64,000 nucleotides of DNA. Origin: a virus (taxonomy: Duplodnaviria > Heunggongvirae > Uroviricota > Caudoviricetes). The position numbers were made by a program, and so were the translations under genes. The stretch is taken from IMG/VR virus record IMGVR_UViG_3300028653_000011. The stretch is one strand, 5' to 3'. Positions 19,901 through 29,780 of the stretch are shown piece after piece (within the stretch, counting starts at the first letter, position 1; every line of letters begins with the position of its first letter). Under the pieces are notes generated by a model. The model saw nothing but the letters and a program-made list of their open reading frames with translations, was not told the DNA's origin and did not search any database.

Positions 19901-21061
19901 CGTTTCATGTTTGAAATGTCGCGGTTTCCTGCACGGTTGACGACGGCCCAATGGTTGCCATTGCCCCAACAACCCACCGCTGCCGACGTTATCAACTCAA
20001 TTCCAACGTTGAATTTTAGCCAAGATCCGAACGCTGGTACTGCCGCGGCGATCACTAATGGCTTTGAATACGCGTCGTCAGTCATCGCCGGTAATGATGG
20101 CCTCAAGAATGTTCGCGTTGCTCTCGACGATGATTCGTATTCATTCTTGACGGCCAATCAAAAGGCGGAATTGTTGCAGAACCACGTCGCCAGTCAGTTG
20201 CTCGAGTCGTACATTAAGTTGATGATCGGCATGGACGTAGCTGAGTCAAATTTCAGCATGGCACCCGCAGCGCCACCAGCTGAAGCTAGCTTCGTGCAAA
20301 CGCTCACAGAACACATGGTGTCGTCTGTCGCTGACCAAGTGACAAGGAAAGCAACACAGCCTCCGGGAAAGGGTTCTACTGCCCCCTCGGGTGGCGTCAT
20401 GTTTTCAACGACAGTCGTGGGGTCTCCACCCGGCATTCAATCGTTGGCGGCACCTGCTTCAATCTCGCAGCCTACGTATGCCAACGCGGCCGGCGTCGGT
20501 GGGTCAGTGACAACATCAACAGTGAATGGTCAAATTCAACCCGCTTCAGCGCCCATTCAATCGCTAGAACAACAGGCCGTCGTCGGTAACCTTGATGCTA
20601 ACCTCAGCACCATTTCTGCACGTAATACCTCCGTTGTGTATGAACAGCTCAGGACGATCAACGGTTTTTCCAACACTTTGACGACGGCATCGGATCCCAC
20701 TTCACTGGCCCAACGGGTGGTGGCTCCGCGGACGTTTGACCGCGTCTTCAACATCATTGTTGATCCCAATGACTTTGAGATTGATGTGACAGCGACGATC
20801 GCTAGTCCCTATGGCAAGGACGCGTTAGGGCTGATGATCGCCAATGGCGAGATCGTCACGGCAACCGAAAGTGATCAGGCTGCATTTCAGGTGCTAGCGA
20901 CGGCCGTGCGAGCCACCACCCCCGGTTCTCGAAGCTTCGGCCGCGGTCGGCCCGCGCCCAACGTCAACAACTACCAATATCGCCCGCGTGATCGCAACAA
21001 CGGCGACCTGATCACCGACAAGTACTTCGTCACCATTGAGACTCTCGACGAGGGCACGTAA
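16925..21061 (+). CDS. Large putative virion protein
   Basis: 1378-aa ORF coupled to its neighbours; function not recognisable. Confidence 0.7.
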   Translation: MAMIASLRVNNATTANLGNVAIQPVTTTPGAQANKQLTTPVTAISSHPLPAYQAPVGLPIIIVKGAITLKNDLSVSVADVVKQMTAPRMVIPLTNGVNTIMPTFNLALNAGKQNDPRLTLGFIETATNFQPYEQLTGISQERPEVVMLSHFLPLFDHDAVGASPNFIGLIEAGGINSYMTDAGKYLDAQINIRNLRSFNTQSLITQLKARYANIAKQFNDREAAFSSALSALNVDASFLLNLVRIIESQKAQLDLRHDIYLIDPTQVGSLNSTNFAQQQVSTNAQVGGSRAPTSNFAKLAQRLKPKYDFVDVLVELGYKQDTVAKVYASSKIWMQVLVELSYALKYHTLQFLDIDPSSQRNDTNPSTILLPQANRFSLALSLPNLANLDELSNLQVAQAQDTLGTIRPAYNLIYQNVLFKDEEARIAALAHLLTSEYRYSQGLTNDSTRRILRDFYGFTVSDQGGNSSLFDSIIGKFGNNITDFPSQATNVLTSIAQQISGDTGVLTFETKYVEGDTGTTTPGGDYYFDQILQTDGTKFNTTNIDALALVLERSHDAFSIVVDGLKLMADYGRDGVILNNTSALLDAIKTKLVDASGTTSQMLQNDKLAAVFAYARNDNNVKSTLFLYIISKISRSYGINVPGFASSPTADNTPLVDYLVELVNQSLAASVPTSRTTIQFINDEGLNNVVTTALTPEAIATALKSGTELTTYIQQLMSQILIQFRVTTTAINKGYTRFNGYIDTTVLMVAFDLIIAMVARYGNTSIVGTTSDQTTITAGLTNYTIARSGTGNADSIRELSERADGEDARVQQMILAIIGGMKALNASLKLISNYLKSPPAIQHLQDIATILNHDQQLLGMLFSEQQIMMLAASVQNLLAASAPTQPTSKAKASQGISGTPKKVQVLDESQISPALRAALFGYFGTDQFATVKGTNKRILTVGVPLGFTQRLKQKVNIQQQQRASFQNRRNDIVNVCVYKIDLVNSDIIYKPQRFMFEMSRFPARLTTAQWLPLPQQPTAADVINSIPTLNFSQDPNAGTAAAITNGFEYASSVIAGNDGLKNVRVALDDDSYSFLTANQKAELLQNHVASQLLESYIKLMIGMDVAESNFSMAPAAPPAEASFVQTLTEHMVSSVADQVTRKATQPPGKGSTAPSGGVMFSTTVVGSPPGIQSLAAPASISQPTYANAAGVGGSVTTSTVNGQIQPASAPIQSLEQQAVVGNLDANLSTISARNTSVVYEQLRTINGFSNTLTTASDPTSLAQRVVAPRTFDRVFNIIVDPNDFEIDVTATIASPYGKDALGLMIANGEIVTATESDQAAFQVLATAVRATTPGSRSFGRGRPAPNVNNYQYRPRDRNNGDLITDKYFVTIETLDEGT

Positions 21062-21065
21062 ACAC

Positions 21066-23045
21066 ATGACAATTTCACAACCCTCTAAGTTGGTCTATTC
21101 GATCGACGTGCCTGAAGTCACTGACTTCAACGCCGCGTTCAAGTACAACTTTTTTACGCCCGATGAGTGCGTCAATGATTCGGGCGGCGTACCCGCTCGT
21201 GCACTGTCGCGCCCCGGGGGTAACATTGACACCAACTTCATTCAGTGGTCGCTCACTCGGGTGCCCCGCGAGGTCACCTTCAACTTTTCGCTGCCCAAGA
21301 TGGCCGACGTGGGCAATGCCGTCAGCGCTCAGGCCCAACGTAGCAACGCTAACAGGACGACGGGTGCTCAATACGGATCGCTGATCCTAGACAATGTCGA
21401 CAAAATTGTCAATGAGGACTTCTTCGCCGCCAATGGCTTTGTTGCCATCAGTTTTCACGACGGCAAGATCGATGACAAGATTCATTCATTGGTGACGGGT
21501 ACTTTGGCAGTGCAGACGCTGCAATCAACGCATCCCGACAGTACTAGTCACTACAAGGCATCCGCAAAGCTATCGACGGTGCTGCCCAATGACATCAAGC
21601 CTCACTTTGTCTTCCGCGCCTTGACGCAACCCAACAATGCATACGGTGGACAATTTTACGTGCCTGCCGGCGACACGACGACTCGTGCGGCCACGGGAGG
21701 TTATGCTCAACCCTCATCGACCTCAACGACGCTGCAGCGGTTCGTCAACGGCTACTACGAGGGATTGAAGAACGTGTCGGTCAACGTGCAGGTCAACGCT
21801 AAGTTGTTGCAGGACATGCTCGAGCGGACGATCAGCGATCCCACGACGTCGATGGCCGGCGATGTCACCAACATGCACTCATATGCCCGGTCAGCAAAGC
21901 AGGCAACGAACCAACGCGCGACGCCCGCAGTGTCGGAGAGCGACTACAAGACGTACGTGCCATACATCAGCGTTCACAAGCAGAACACGGCGATGCACCA
22001 CGACAAGTACGGTGCCGAACTGGTGGGCTTTGTCATTGACAAGGTCGAAGTGCTGCCCGATGGTACCACCGTCGTTCACCCACCCATCGTCGTGGATAGT
22101 CCCCATGCGGCCACGACGGCCGACTTCCGCGTCAAGTTCAATGCTAACTACTGCTACAACATCAGGACGATCGCCCTACTGACGCTGCCGGCGATCGATG
22201 AAAACAACGAGGACATCGCGACTGTCAAGGTGTTGGTCAGCAGCAAGCCGTCGAACCGCGTCTACGTCAGCACCAGCAAGTTCGACGCTCCTCCTCCTCC
22301 CGGTGACATTGACTTTACGTGGAACTATGAGGCCCAGAGCCTGCTAGTGTCGTGGGCTTTTCCGGTCTGGTCACAGCAGGACATCAAGCAGTTTCAGGTC
22401 TTCAGGCGCACGACGGTCGACCACCCGTTTCAGTTGCAGAAGTCGTATAACTTCGACGATTCCGACATCAAATTTCCCGATCCCGAGAACCCCGATCCCG
22501 TGTTGGTGGAGTACCTGACGTCACCCTGCCAGTTCTATATCGACGATGACTTCGATCCCAAGGTCAATTCTTCACGTGACAAGGGTTTCATCTATGCTGT
22601 GTCCTGTATCGATGCTCACGGCCTGTCGAGCCCGCTGTCGGCGCAGTACCGCGTGTGGTTCGATCAATTCAAGAATAAGCTGCAGCTCGAACACGTCAGT
22701 CACCTCGGTGCTCCCAAGCCCTATCCGAACTTGTACCTCGACGGTGACGTCTTCGTCAATACCATCAAGGTGGCTGGGCCCCACAGCAAACGGATGAAGC
22801 TGTACTTCAACCCGGAGTACTACTACTTGTACGACGATCAGAACAGGTTGACGCCGACACTGGCGACGCAGCAGCGGGGAGGCAGTTACAAGTTGCAGTT
22901 CATCAACATCGATAATGGCAAGGCGCAGGACATCGACATTGCGATCAACGACCAGATGAGCACCAATTTGCAACCGCTGGCGACGACACAAGTCAGCCTC
23001 GGGCCCAAGCGACGGAATAGGGCACTGGCCAACAGTGCGCCGTAA
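21066..23045 (+). CDS. Putative virion protein with FN3-like domain
   Basis: PPPPGDIDF..LLVSW..FQVFRR..YAVSCIDAHGLSS FN3-like pattern. Confidence 0.7.
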   Translation: MTISQPSKLVYSIDVPEVTDFNAAFKYNFFTPDECVNDSGGVPARALSRPGGNIDTNFIQWSLTRVPREVTFNFSLPKMADVGNAVSAQAQRSNANRTTGAQYGSLILDNVDKIVNEDFFAANGFVAISFHDGKIDDKIHSLVTGTLAVQTLQSTHPDSTSHYKASAKLSTVLPNDIKPHFVFRALTQPNNAYGGQFYVPAGDTTTRAATGGYAQPSSTSTTLQRFVNGYYEGLKNVSVNVQVNAKLLQDMLERTISDPTTSMAGDVTNMHSYARSAKQATNQRATPAVSESDYKTYVPYISVHKQNTAMHHDKYGAELVGFVIDKVEVLPDGTTVVHPPIVVDSPHAATTADFRVKFNANYCYNIRTIALLTLPAIDENNEDIATVKVLVSSKPSNRVYVSTSKFDAPPPPGDIDFTWNYEAQSLLVSWAFPVWSQQDIKQFQVFRRTTVDHPFQLQKSYNFDDSDIKFPDPENPDPVLVEYLTSPCQFYIDDDFDPKVNSSRDKGFIYAVSCIDAHGLSSPLSAQYRVWFDQFKNKLQLEHVSHLGAPKPYPNLYLDGDVFVNTIKVAGPHSKRMKLYFNPEYYYLYDDQNRLTPTLATQQRGGSYKLQFINIDNGKAQDIDIAINDQMSTNLQPLATTQVSLGPKRRNRALANSAP

Positions 23046-23074
23046 AGTGTGTGAGGATAGGGTAAGATTAGGAT

Positions 23075-23251
23075 ATGACTAACGTAGAGTGCGACCATCG
23101 TTGCAAGCCTTTGGCAAATGATCATCCTGATCGACCTGGGAAAAAGTTCGAGTGCTGTTTATGCGGTGAATTGTTTGAAGAAGTGTGCAAACCAATTGCT
23201 ATACAGCCTCAATTCAAGATGCACGTCGGCGCGCCAAATAACAAGCCATGA
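23075..23251 (+). CDS. Small Cys-rich protein (58 aa, not in the ORF track)
   Basis: MTNVECDHRCK...FECCLCGELF; TAAGAT 6 nt upstream; ATGA overlap with the next gene. Confidence 0.5.
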   Translation: MTNVECDHRCKPLANDHPDRPGKKFECCLCGELFEEVCKPIAIQPQFKMHVGAPNNKP

Positions 23252-23982
23252 TCGTCTACTTGGTCCGCAATCGCCTGAATGGGAAGGGCTACGTGGGGGT
23301 GACGAAGTATACGCTTGAATGGCGATGGAAAGAACATTTGAGTGATGCCCGATGTGGCAGTAAGTTGGCGTTTCACTGTGCCATTCGTAAGTGGGGTGTT
23401 GACGCCTTTGAATTGTCGATCATTGAAACGTTGAGTGAGAGTGCATCACTTGTAGATCTTGACGTCGCCGAAAGACGGTGGGTTAAAGATCTCGACACTT
23501 TTGGTAAGAACGGTTATAACATGACACCTGGTGGTCGTGTTGGGGGTGGTTGGGTGAAGGGTTATGTTGTCAAACAATCAACAAGAGAGAAACTTTCCTT
23601 AAGTCGTCGTGGTAAGAAGAATTCACTTGAACAGAATGTTTTAATTACCACTGGGGTTCGCGCGTATTACGCTACACACGATGGTCCCAACAAGGATAAA
23701 CCGTGGAGTGATGAGACACGATTGAAAAATATGGTCATCAGACACCCACGTAAAAAGCCCGTGTTTGGTTACAATGAAATTGGAGAGTGTGTGATTGCTT
23801 ACTTGTCGATAGATGATGCTGTCGAAGCGACGGGATTGAGTTATCGTACATTGACAGGCAATCGAAAGAAGTACAAACTCAAGTACGTGGACGGGATTAC
23901 TTACCGTCGTAGCAAGTTGACGATCGCTGAACTGAAAGAAGAAGGTAGACCCCATGGGCTGGCTCGACAATTCGACGAATAA
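23248..23982 (+). mobile_element. Free-standing GIY-YIG homing endonuclease
   Basis: IVYLVRNRLNGKGYVGVT, RWKEH, GYNMTPGG; NUMOD-like C-terminus. Confidence 0.88.
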
Positions 23983-24670
23983 CTTGATTCTTGATGCTTG
24001 TCTCACTGACGTGGGCCGTCAATTCCTCGCTCGCAACGATGGCTCCTTCGCGGTGCACAAGTACGCGCTCGGCGATGACGAAGTCAACTACGGTATCATC
24101 ACGAAATACGGCCGAACTGTGGGAGCCGAAAAGATCGAAAAGAACACCCCCATCTTCGAGGCGCTGACCAACCAAGCCATCGCCCAGAAGTATAGGTTGA
24201 TCTCCGTCTCCAATCCCAACCTGCTGTACATGCCCCTATTGTCCCTGACGGGTGATGCCAACGTTGACGGCCTCAACGAGCTGGTGACGCTGGGCCTCAA
24301 CACGCAGCAGACGGCGGCTGTCACCGTGCAGCAGACTATTCAGAATGAGACGACGATCGACGTGGAACTACGCGACCAGACGTTCCTGCTCGACGTGCCC
24401 AACCTCTTCGTGCAGATCCTGAAGAACACTCCTGAGAACATCGACGGCAACCAGCGGGCGACATATGTCCTGACCAGGTCGCCGGCGGAGAACTCCTACG
24501 GTGGTTCGTCAGTGCAATTCACGATGTCAGTCAAGAGCTTGACCAATGCGTTGTTTCAGGTCTACGGGACGACGGCCGACAAGACCTTGATCAAGGCGTT
24601 CATGAAGGTGACGGGTGTTCAGAGCGGCGCGGTTCAAGAGATAGGAATTGTCATCAATCAAAACCTCTAA
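23954..24670 (+). CDS. Putative virion (baseplate/tail-associated) protein
   Basis: LDACLTDVGRQFL..KYALGDDEVNY..PIFEA pattern; structural gene context. Confidence 0.7.
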   Translation: MGWLDNSTNNLILDACLTDVGRQFLARNDGSFAVHKYALGDDEVNYGIITKYGRTVGAEKIEKNTPIFEALTNQAIAQKYRLISVSNPNLLYMPLLSLTGDANVDGLNELVTLGLNTQQTAAVTVQQTIQNETTIDVELRDQTFLLDVPNLFVQILKNTPENIDGNQRATYVLTRSPAENSYGGSSVQFTMSVKSLTNALFQVYGTTADKTLIKAFMKVTGVQSGAVQEIGIVINQNL

Positions 24671-24707
24671 GAGGTGTAGATCGTACCCTTAAGTGGTATG
24701 ATCAGTT

Positions 24708-25610
24708 GTGTACGTCAAGACGATTGAAGAACTGTTCATTGATAAACGCTGGGGTCACCCTCGAGCCCGCCACATTGACGTGTATGCATGTGATGAGTGT
24801 GGCGCAGAGCACATGACATCTCACAGGGCAGCGCATGCTACTAGCGCTGCATTGACGTTCTGTTCGCGTGATTGCAGTAAGCGTTCGAGATCAAGTGGAA
24901 AGTTAGCGCAGAAGTGTGTGGATGTTAGGGTTGAGCGGTACGGCGTTGAATACTCGTCGCAAGTACCCGGTGCGACAGAAAAGATGATTGTGACGAGGGT
25001 TGAGAGAACTGGGGCACTTGCGCCGTCAGATCCTACATCATCATCGAATGTCAAGTTCAAGCAGACGATGATGGAGAGGCACGGTGCCGATCACCCGTCG
25101 AATGCCATTGGCGTCAAGGCGAAGAAGTTAGAGACGTACCGCGAGAGGTACGGTGTTGATAGCCCGTTCAGTGCGGGATCACCGTTCAGATTATCAAGTG
25201 AAGAATTGAGAGTTGCAGGTCAAAAAGGGTATCGATCTACAGCGAGACAAGAGAACGGATGGATTGTGTCAAAGCCTGAGCAAGCATTAGTTGAGTTTCT
25301 GCGAATGAGGTATGGTAACGTTGAACAACAAGCTCTCGTTGAACACGGGACACGTAAATGCTGGTTGATTGATGCGTACGTATGCAGCATTGACACATAT
25401 GTGCAGCTTGATGGTGAGTTCTGGCATGGTCTCGATAAACCCTACGAAGATCTACACCCGACCAGTAAGAGGGCTTATGATGCCGACCGGGCGCAAGATG
25501 AATGGTTCAGAACACATGGACGCAGATTAGTTAGGATAACCGACAAGGAACTGATCATGTGCAATAAACTCAACGACTGGTCAACAGTTCTCCAACGATT
25601 GGAGGGGTAA
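24708..25610 (+). mobile_element. Free-standing endonuclease (Vsr/DUF559-like C-terminus with ERYGV repeats)
   Basis: Zn-ribbon CDEC/CSRDC, repeated ER[YH]G, SKPE..IDAY..VQLDGEFWHG..LVRIT. Confidence 0.75.
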
Positions 25611-25614
25611 TCCC

Positions 25615-26859
25615 ATCGCAACCTTCAAAGAAGTCCTCCCGTCAGACATCAAGGTGGCTCGTTCGTTTCTGAACCAGCTCATCGACGTCCTGCAACAGGA
25701 CATCAGCGGGTCGGTGTCTCGCCGCAAGTACCAAGTCTTCGTCACTGGGGGCATCGGACCTGGTGTGACGAGCTCTCTCTTTCAAACCGTCTATGACTCG
25801 GACTTCACGCTCCAGACCGCCAACGCCATCTTCGACATGACGGTGGGCCTAGGCCCCGGCGGCACTACGGAGCTGACGAGCCAGACGGGCGTCGACGCCG
25901 CGGGCAAGGAACTATTCCCCAGCTCCAGCCTGATGGTACGCGAGAAGATGGACGTCTACCGCCAGTTCGCGCAGTCGCTATTAGGCAATGCAACGACCAC
26001 TTTCACCTCGCCGCTCAACAGCAGCAATCCATCGGACAACATCGACGTGGCGCTGTTCATCGCCTTCAAGCGGTTGTTCGCACGTGACAGCATCAAGCGC
26101 GAGACGTTTGCGATGCGGTTCTTTCAGACGGCGTCGGCCGTCGGCCCATCGGGACAGAATGAGCCCCCGACTGCAGGCCCGGTCGGCGACGTCGGATGGA
26201 TCACCAACCTCAACGTCAATTCGACCGTCGGCTCGGCGATTTACACCGACATCGGCGCCGCGACCAATAAGCTGTCGACGTTCGGGGGCCAGGTCGGCAA
26301 CATTGTCGACAGCGCCAACACCACCCGTAACGTGGGCCTGATGTTCTATGATCGCGGCATCCTCGTCCTTGACATGGCCAAGGTGACCAGCGGCAGCCAG
26401 TTCGTGTCGGGCACCATCGACGCCATGGCAGCGCTGGGCAACCAGACGTTGGGTGCCAAGGGGACGGAGACCAAGTGGAAGTCAGCGTTCATCCCTGACT
26501 TCGTCGTCAGTGCGTCGATTGATAACATCATCGACCACGTCGCCGGTTGCAGGATGGGCTCAGGCAGCAACACCGCCATCACCTTCCAGAACATCACCAA
26601 CATCAATTCGAGCCTGATCTTCTGTCGGGCGGGCGCAGACGAGTTCAATTACTCGTCGAACCCAACATACACAGACACCTCCAACCGGATCGTGGTAATT
26701 GACGTGGGTCAGGAAGACACGCAGCAGAGCTTCACCTACATCACGAGCGTTGGCCTCTATGACGCCAACGACAATCTCCTCGCCGTCGCCAAACTCAGTC
26801 GCCCGGTGCAGAAGAACAGTGAACGAGATCTGACGCTACGCCTCCGCCTCGACTTCTGA
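25615..26859 (+). CDS. Putative virion (baseplate/tail-associated) protein; probable ATC start at 25615 (ORF track start 25654)
   Basis: C-terminus FNYSSNPTY..YITSVGLYD..LLAVAKLSRPVQK..LRLDF; GGAGG 9 nt before an in-frame ATC. Confidence 0.75.
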   Translation: MATFKEVLPSDIKVARSFLNQLIDVLQQDISGSVSRRKYQVFVTGGIGPGVTSSLFQTVYDSDFTLQTANAIFDMTVGLGPGGTTELTSQTGVDAAGKELFPSSSLMVREKMDVYRQFAQSLLGNATTTFTSPLNSSNPSDNIDVALFIAFKRLFARDSIKRETFAMRFFQTASAVGPSGQNEPPTAGPVGDVGWITNLNVNSTVGSAIYTDIGAATNKLSTFGGQVGNIVDSANTTRNVGLMFYDRGILVLDMAKVTSGSQFVSGTIDAMAALGNQTLGAKGTETKWKSAFIPDFVVSASIDNIIDHVAGCRMGSGSNTAITFQNITNINSSLIFCRAGADEFNYSSNPTYTDTSNRIVVIDVGQEDTQQSFTYITSVGLYDANDNLLAVAKLSRPVQKNSERDLTLRLRLDF

Positions 26860-26933
26860 TCCTCGCGCGCCTTTGGTCGGTTCTTCATGTTTGGGGAATC
26901 GTGGTGTAGGGTAGTTAGAGAGTACAGCGACCG

Positions 26934-29483
26934 ATGCCCTCGATCTATCCGTTCGATCCCACTGACCTTGAAACGTTCACCGTCGTCACCAACCCGGTGC
27001 GCACGTACACGTCGAGTTCGACGCAGGGCTCCACAGGTTCGATCTACGTCTATCCGCGTCACTCGTTGATCCAGAAGGACATTCAGCCCGATTCTTCGTT
27101 CACCGAGGCGGCCCACGATGATGCCGATCTGTCGTCGTTGCTGCACCAAGTGCAGATGTCAGCCAAAGTCAGTGCCAATGCCATCACCCACGCCGGTGCC
27201 TTGGTCAGTGGCAGCCTCACCAGCCTGCTGACGCAGTACATGGCAGGCTGCGCCACACAGGGGCAAGCCGAGCGCCTGAAGGTCAAGCTTGACATCGTCA
27301 GGTTTTCTCCTCCTCCCGCGTTCAACAGCAACACCCTACGCAAGTTGATCATCAAGGACCAACTCAACACGTTCTATCGACCCACCTACCCGACGGCACA
27401 CTGGGCCTACACCAACTACAACACCCTCAACTTCTTCACCGCGTCGATGGTGCCCACGTCGTCGGTGTTGCTGTACCCGAACATCGGTGGGGGCAACGGA
27501 GGCCTCGTCGTCAACAAGGGCCATGCCAGCGGCACCTACACGCCGAGTGGCTCCTTCAGCTTTGACTTCTACATCAATCCGCGGTACCAACAGGACGCGC
27601 CCAACAAGCCCTTCAAGGCGGGCACCATCCTCCACTTATCATCGACCTTTGCCCTATCGCTGGTCACGGGTTCAGGCGTCGACTACACTGGCCGTAGCGT
27701 GGGCTTTCGCCTGCAGCTACAGTTGAGCCAGTCGGCTGACATTGCACCGTCGACGGCGGTGCCGGGCCCGTACCCGTCAGACCTCATCTTCCTGTCCAAC
27801 GACAATAGCCTGCAGTGGAACCACTGGCACCATGTCGTCGTCAGGTGGGGCACCAACCAGATCAACAACGGCGTCGGCACTTTCAATGTCGATGGCCTCG
27901 ACGTCGGCACCTTCACAGTTCCATCATCGACGATTTCACCTGCAGCGTCGACGTTCTCACAAACCAGCAGCCTGGCCAACCCTGACGTCATGTGCCTGGG
28001 CAACTTCTACGAGGGGCCCAACACCAACGGCAACCCGATGGGTGCCTTCTTTGCGTTCGATCCCGCCAACCGCGACGGCCTGCAGGTGATGTACGCCGAA
28101 TACGGCGTCGCTGCACCTCCGAGTTACTTCTTTAGGCACCCGCTCAATGCCGAGCTTCACGACGTCGCCATCCGTCGCTGCTACATGTCAGACACTGACA
28201 TTGCCTTCAGCGCCAGCATCGGGCCCACCTTCCTTGACAACACTTTCTCATTCTATGTGCCGCCCTTCTTCGTCGAGCAATCGCCATATCGCCAGTTTGT
28301 GGGTGACCATGGCGGCCTCCTCATCACCCCCTTTGAAGAGATCGACGGTGCCTCAACGACACCCTTCAGCGTCGCACTGTCGTTCGGCGTCGCGGGTCAC
28401 TACATCAACCTTGAGAACTTTGGTAAGGACTTGGGTTCACAGGTCTTTCCGTTGCTACATCACCTGACAGGCGTTGCCATTCAGACGTCGACTAGTGCGG
28501 AGACGTGTAATGACTTCCTGTACTCGCAACCCTTCGTTGCCAAGCGCAACCTGACGATCCTACCTTGCGACGACGGCAATTTCGTTCCCAGCTTTCAATT
28601 GCTGGTGTCGGAGGGATTGGCCCGCGCCGTCGATGACCTGGGCCTCGATGAGCTCAGCTTCATCAACCTCGACAACATGATCTCGACGGCGACGCTGATG
28701 TTCGGCGCGGGGGCCTTCGACGACGGCACGCAGCCCGATGTGCAGGTCAATGCCTTTGCCAACATCCAGCTGGGCGCGACGCCTGAGACGCCTTTCACCG
28801 CGGCGGGCCCGGCAACGTTGAACTACATCAACACTGCACAGTCGGGCAGTGACGTCGAGTTCGGTGCGCCGCTGACGGTCTTTCAACGCACGCAGGATCC
28901 GTCGTCGAATGAAGTCGTCGTCTTTGACATCAGCAACCTGTACTACGGTTTCAGGATCAGCCCGGGTACGCTGACATTCAGTGAACCCGATCTGATGCGA
29001 TCGAGCCTGTTGGGCTCGCAGCATGATATTACGCAACCCAACACGCGTGGGCCCATCTCGATTAACTTGGCCGATGATGGGCGTGGCAACGTGTACCGGG
29101 CAGATTGCTTGACGCCACAGGCAACGTGGAACTCGGTGGGCAATGTGTATTACGACGAGGGTCTGGTGCTGCTCAAGAGCCCTCACCTGTACTTCTATGG
29201 CCTCAATCAATTCGGCACCAACTTCAGGGGTGAGCAGCACGTGCACGTCATGAAGCTTGATGCCTTTGCGCCGAGCAATCAATTGAACAGCTCGAGCAAT
29301 CCCAACTACGCGTCGGTGCCTCCGACGGGCTATCCGAATGACCCCGAGGACAACTTCGTCTACATCACCAACCTGTACTTCCACGACCGTGACTTAAATG
29401 TGGTGATGAAGACGGCACTCGCTCAACCCATCGCGAAAAGGCCGGGGGATAAAGTCCTCTTTAAGATCAAGTACGACTTCTAA
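26934..29483 (+). CDS. Virion protein with LamG/ConA-like domain
   Basis: FSFDFYINP, WNHWHHVVVRWG, ELHDVAI; C-terminus paralogous to 25615-26859 (YITNLYFHD..LAQPIAK..KYDF). Confidence 0.75.
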   Translation: MPSIYPFDPTDLETFTVVTNPVRTYTSSSTQGSTGSIYVYPRHSLIQKDIQPDSSFTEAAHDDADLSSLLHQVQMSAKVSANAITHAGALVSGSLTSLLTQYMAGCATQGQAERLKVKLDIVRFSPPPAFNSNTLRKLIIKDQLNTFYRPTYPTAHWAYTNYNTLNFFTASMVPTSSVLLYPNIGGGNGGLVVNKGHASGTYTPSGSFSFDFYINPRYQQDAPNKPFKAGTILHLSSTFALSLVTGSGVDYTGRSVGFRLQLQLSQSADIAPSTAVPGPYPSDLIFLSNDNSLQWNHWHHVVVRWGTNQINNGVGTFNVDGLDVGTFTVPSSTISPAASTFSQTSSLANPDVMCLGNFYEGPNTNGNPMGAFFAFDPANRDGLQVMYAEYGVAAPPSYFFRHPLNAELHDVAIRRCYMSDTDIAFSASIGPTFLDNTFSFYVPPFFVEQSPYRQFVGDHGGLLITPFEEIDGASTTPFSVALSFGVAGHYINLENFGKDLGSQVFPLLHHLTGVAIQTSTSAETCNDFLYSQPFVAKRNLTILPCDDGNFVPSFQLLVSEGLARAVDDLGLDELSFINLDNMISTATLMFGAGAFDDGTQPDVQVNAFANIQLGATPETPFTAAGPATLNYINTAQSGSDVEFGAPLTVFQRTQDPSSNEVVVFDISNLYYGFRISPGTLTFSEPDLMRSSLLGSQHDITQPNTRGPISINLADDGRGNVYRADCLTPQATWNSVGNVYYDEGLVLLKSPHLYFYGLNQFGTNFRGEQHVHVMKLDAFAPSNQLNSSSNPNYASVPPTGYPNDPEDNFVYITNLYFHDRDLNVVMKTALAQPIAKRPGDKVLFKIKYDF

Positions 29484-29500
29484 GTTGTTGATATCATTGA
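29481..29500. repeat. 20-bp element, copy 1 (TAAGTTGTTGATATCATTGA)
   Basis: 19/20 match to the reverse complement of 52074-52093. Confidence 0.7.
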
Positions 29501-29591
29501 CTTTTAAGTGAGTTGACTACATTCACGTTAATTCGATCATGATCTTCATCGACGACCATAGTTAAGATCGACAAGAAAGTTGGTTGATCTC

Positions 29592-29744
29592 ATGAACATT
29601 CTCTGGATTCTGTGCTGCATTATCTTCGTGATGTGGCTATTGGGCTTTGTGTTCTTCCCCATCGCCGGCGGGTTCATTCACCTGCTGTTGCTCGTCATCG
29701 TCGTGTTGGTCATCGTCCGCCTGTTGCAAGGCCGCGGCGTCTAA
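29592..29744 (+). CDS. Small membrane protein, lmo0937/DUF5670-like (50 aa, not in the ORF track)
   Basis: MNILWILCCIIFVMWLLGFVFFPIAGGFIHLLLLVIVVLVIVRLLQGRGV; WLLG..GGFIHLLL..LLQGR signature. Confidence 0.75.
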   Translation: MNILWILCCIIFVMWLLGFVFFPIAGGFIHLLLLVIVVLVIVRLLQGRGV

Positions 29745-29780
29745 CCATCCCCATCGCAGCTCGTCGGACCTATTTACCTC

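Noticed and set aside
12620-25610. Group I introns around the endonuclease genes
   Set aside because: Flanking genes appear complete and intergenic spaces are too short for a ribozyme core; cannot be fully excluded for 24671-25614 without RNA data
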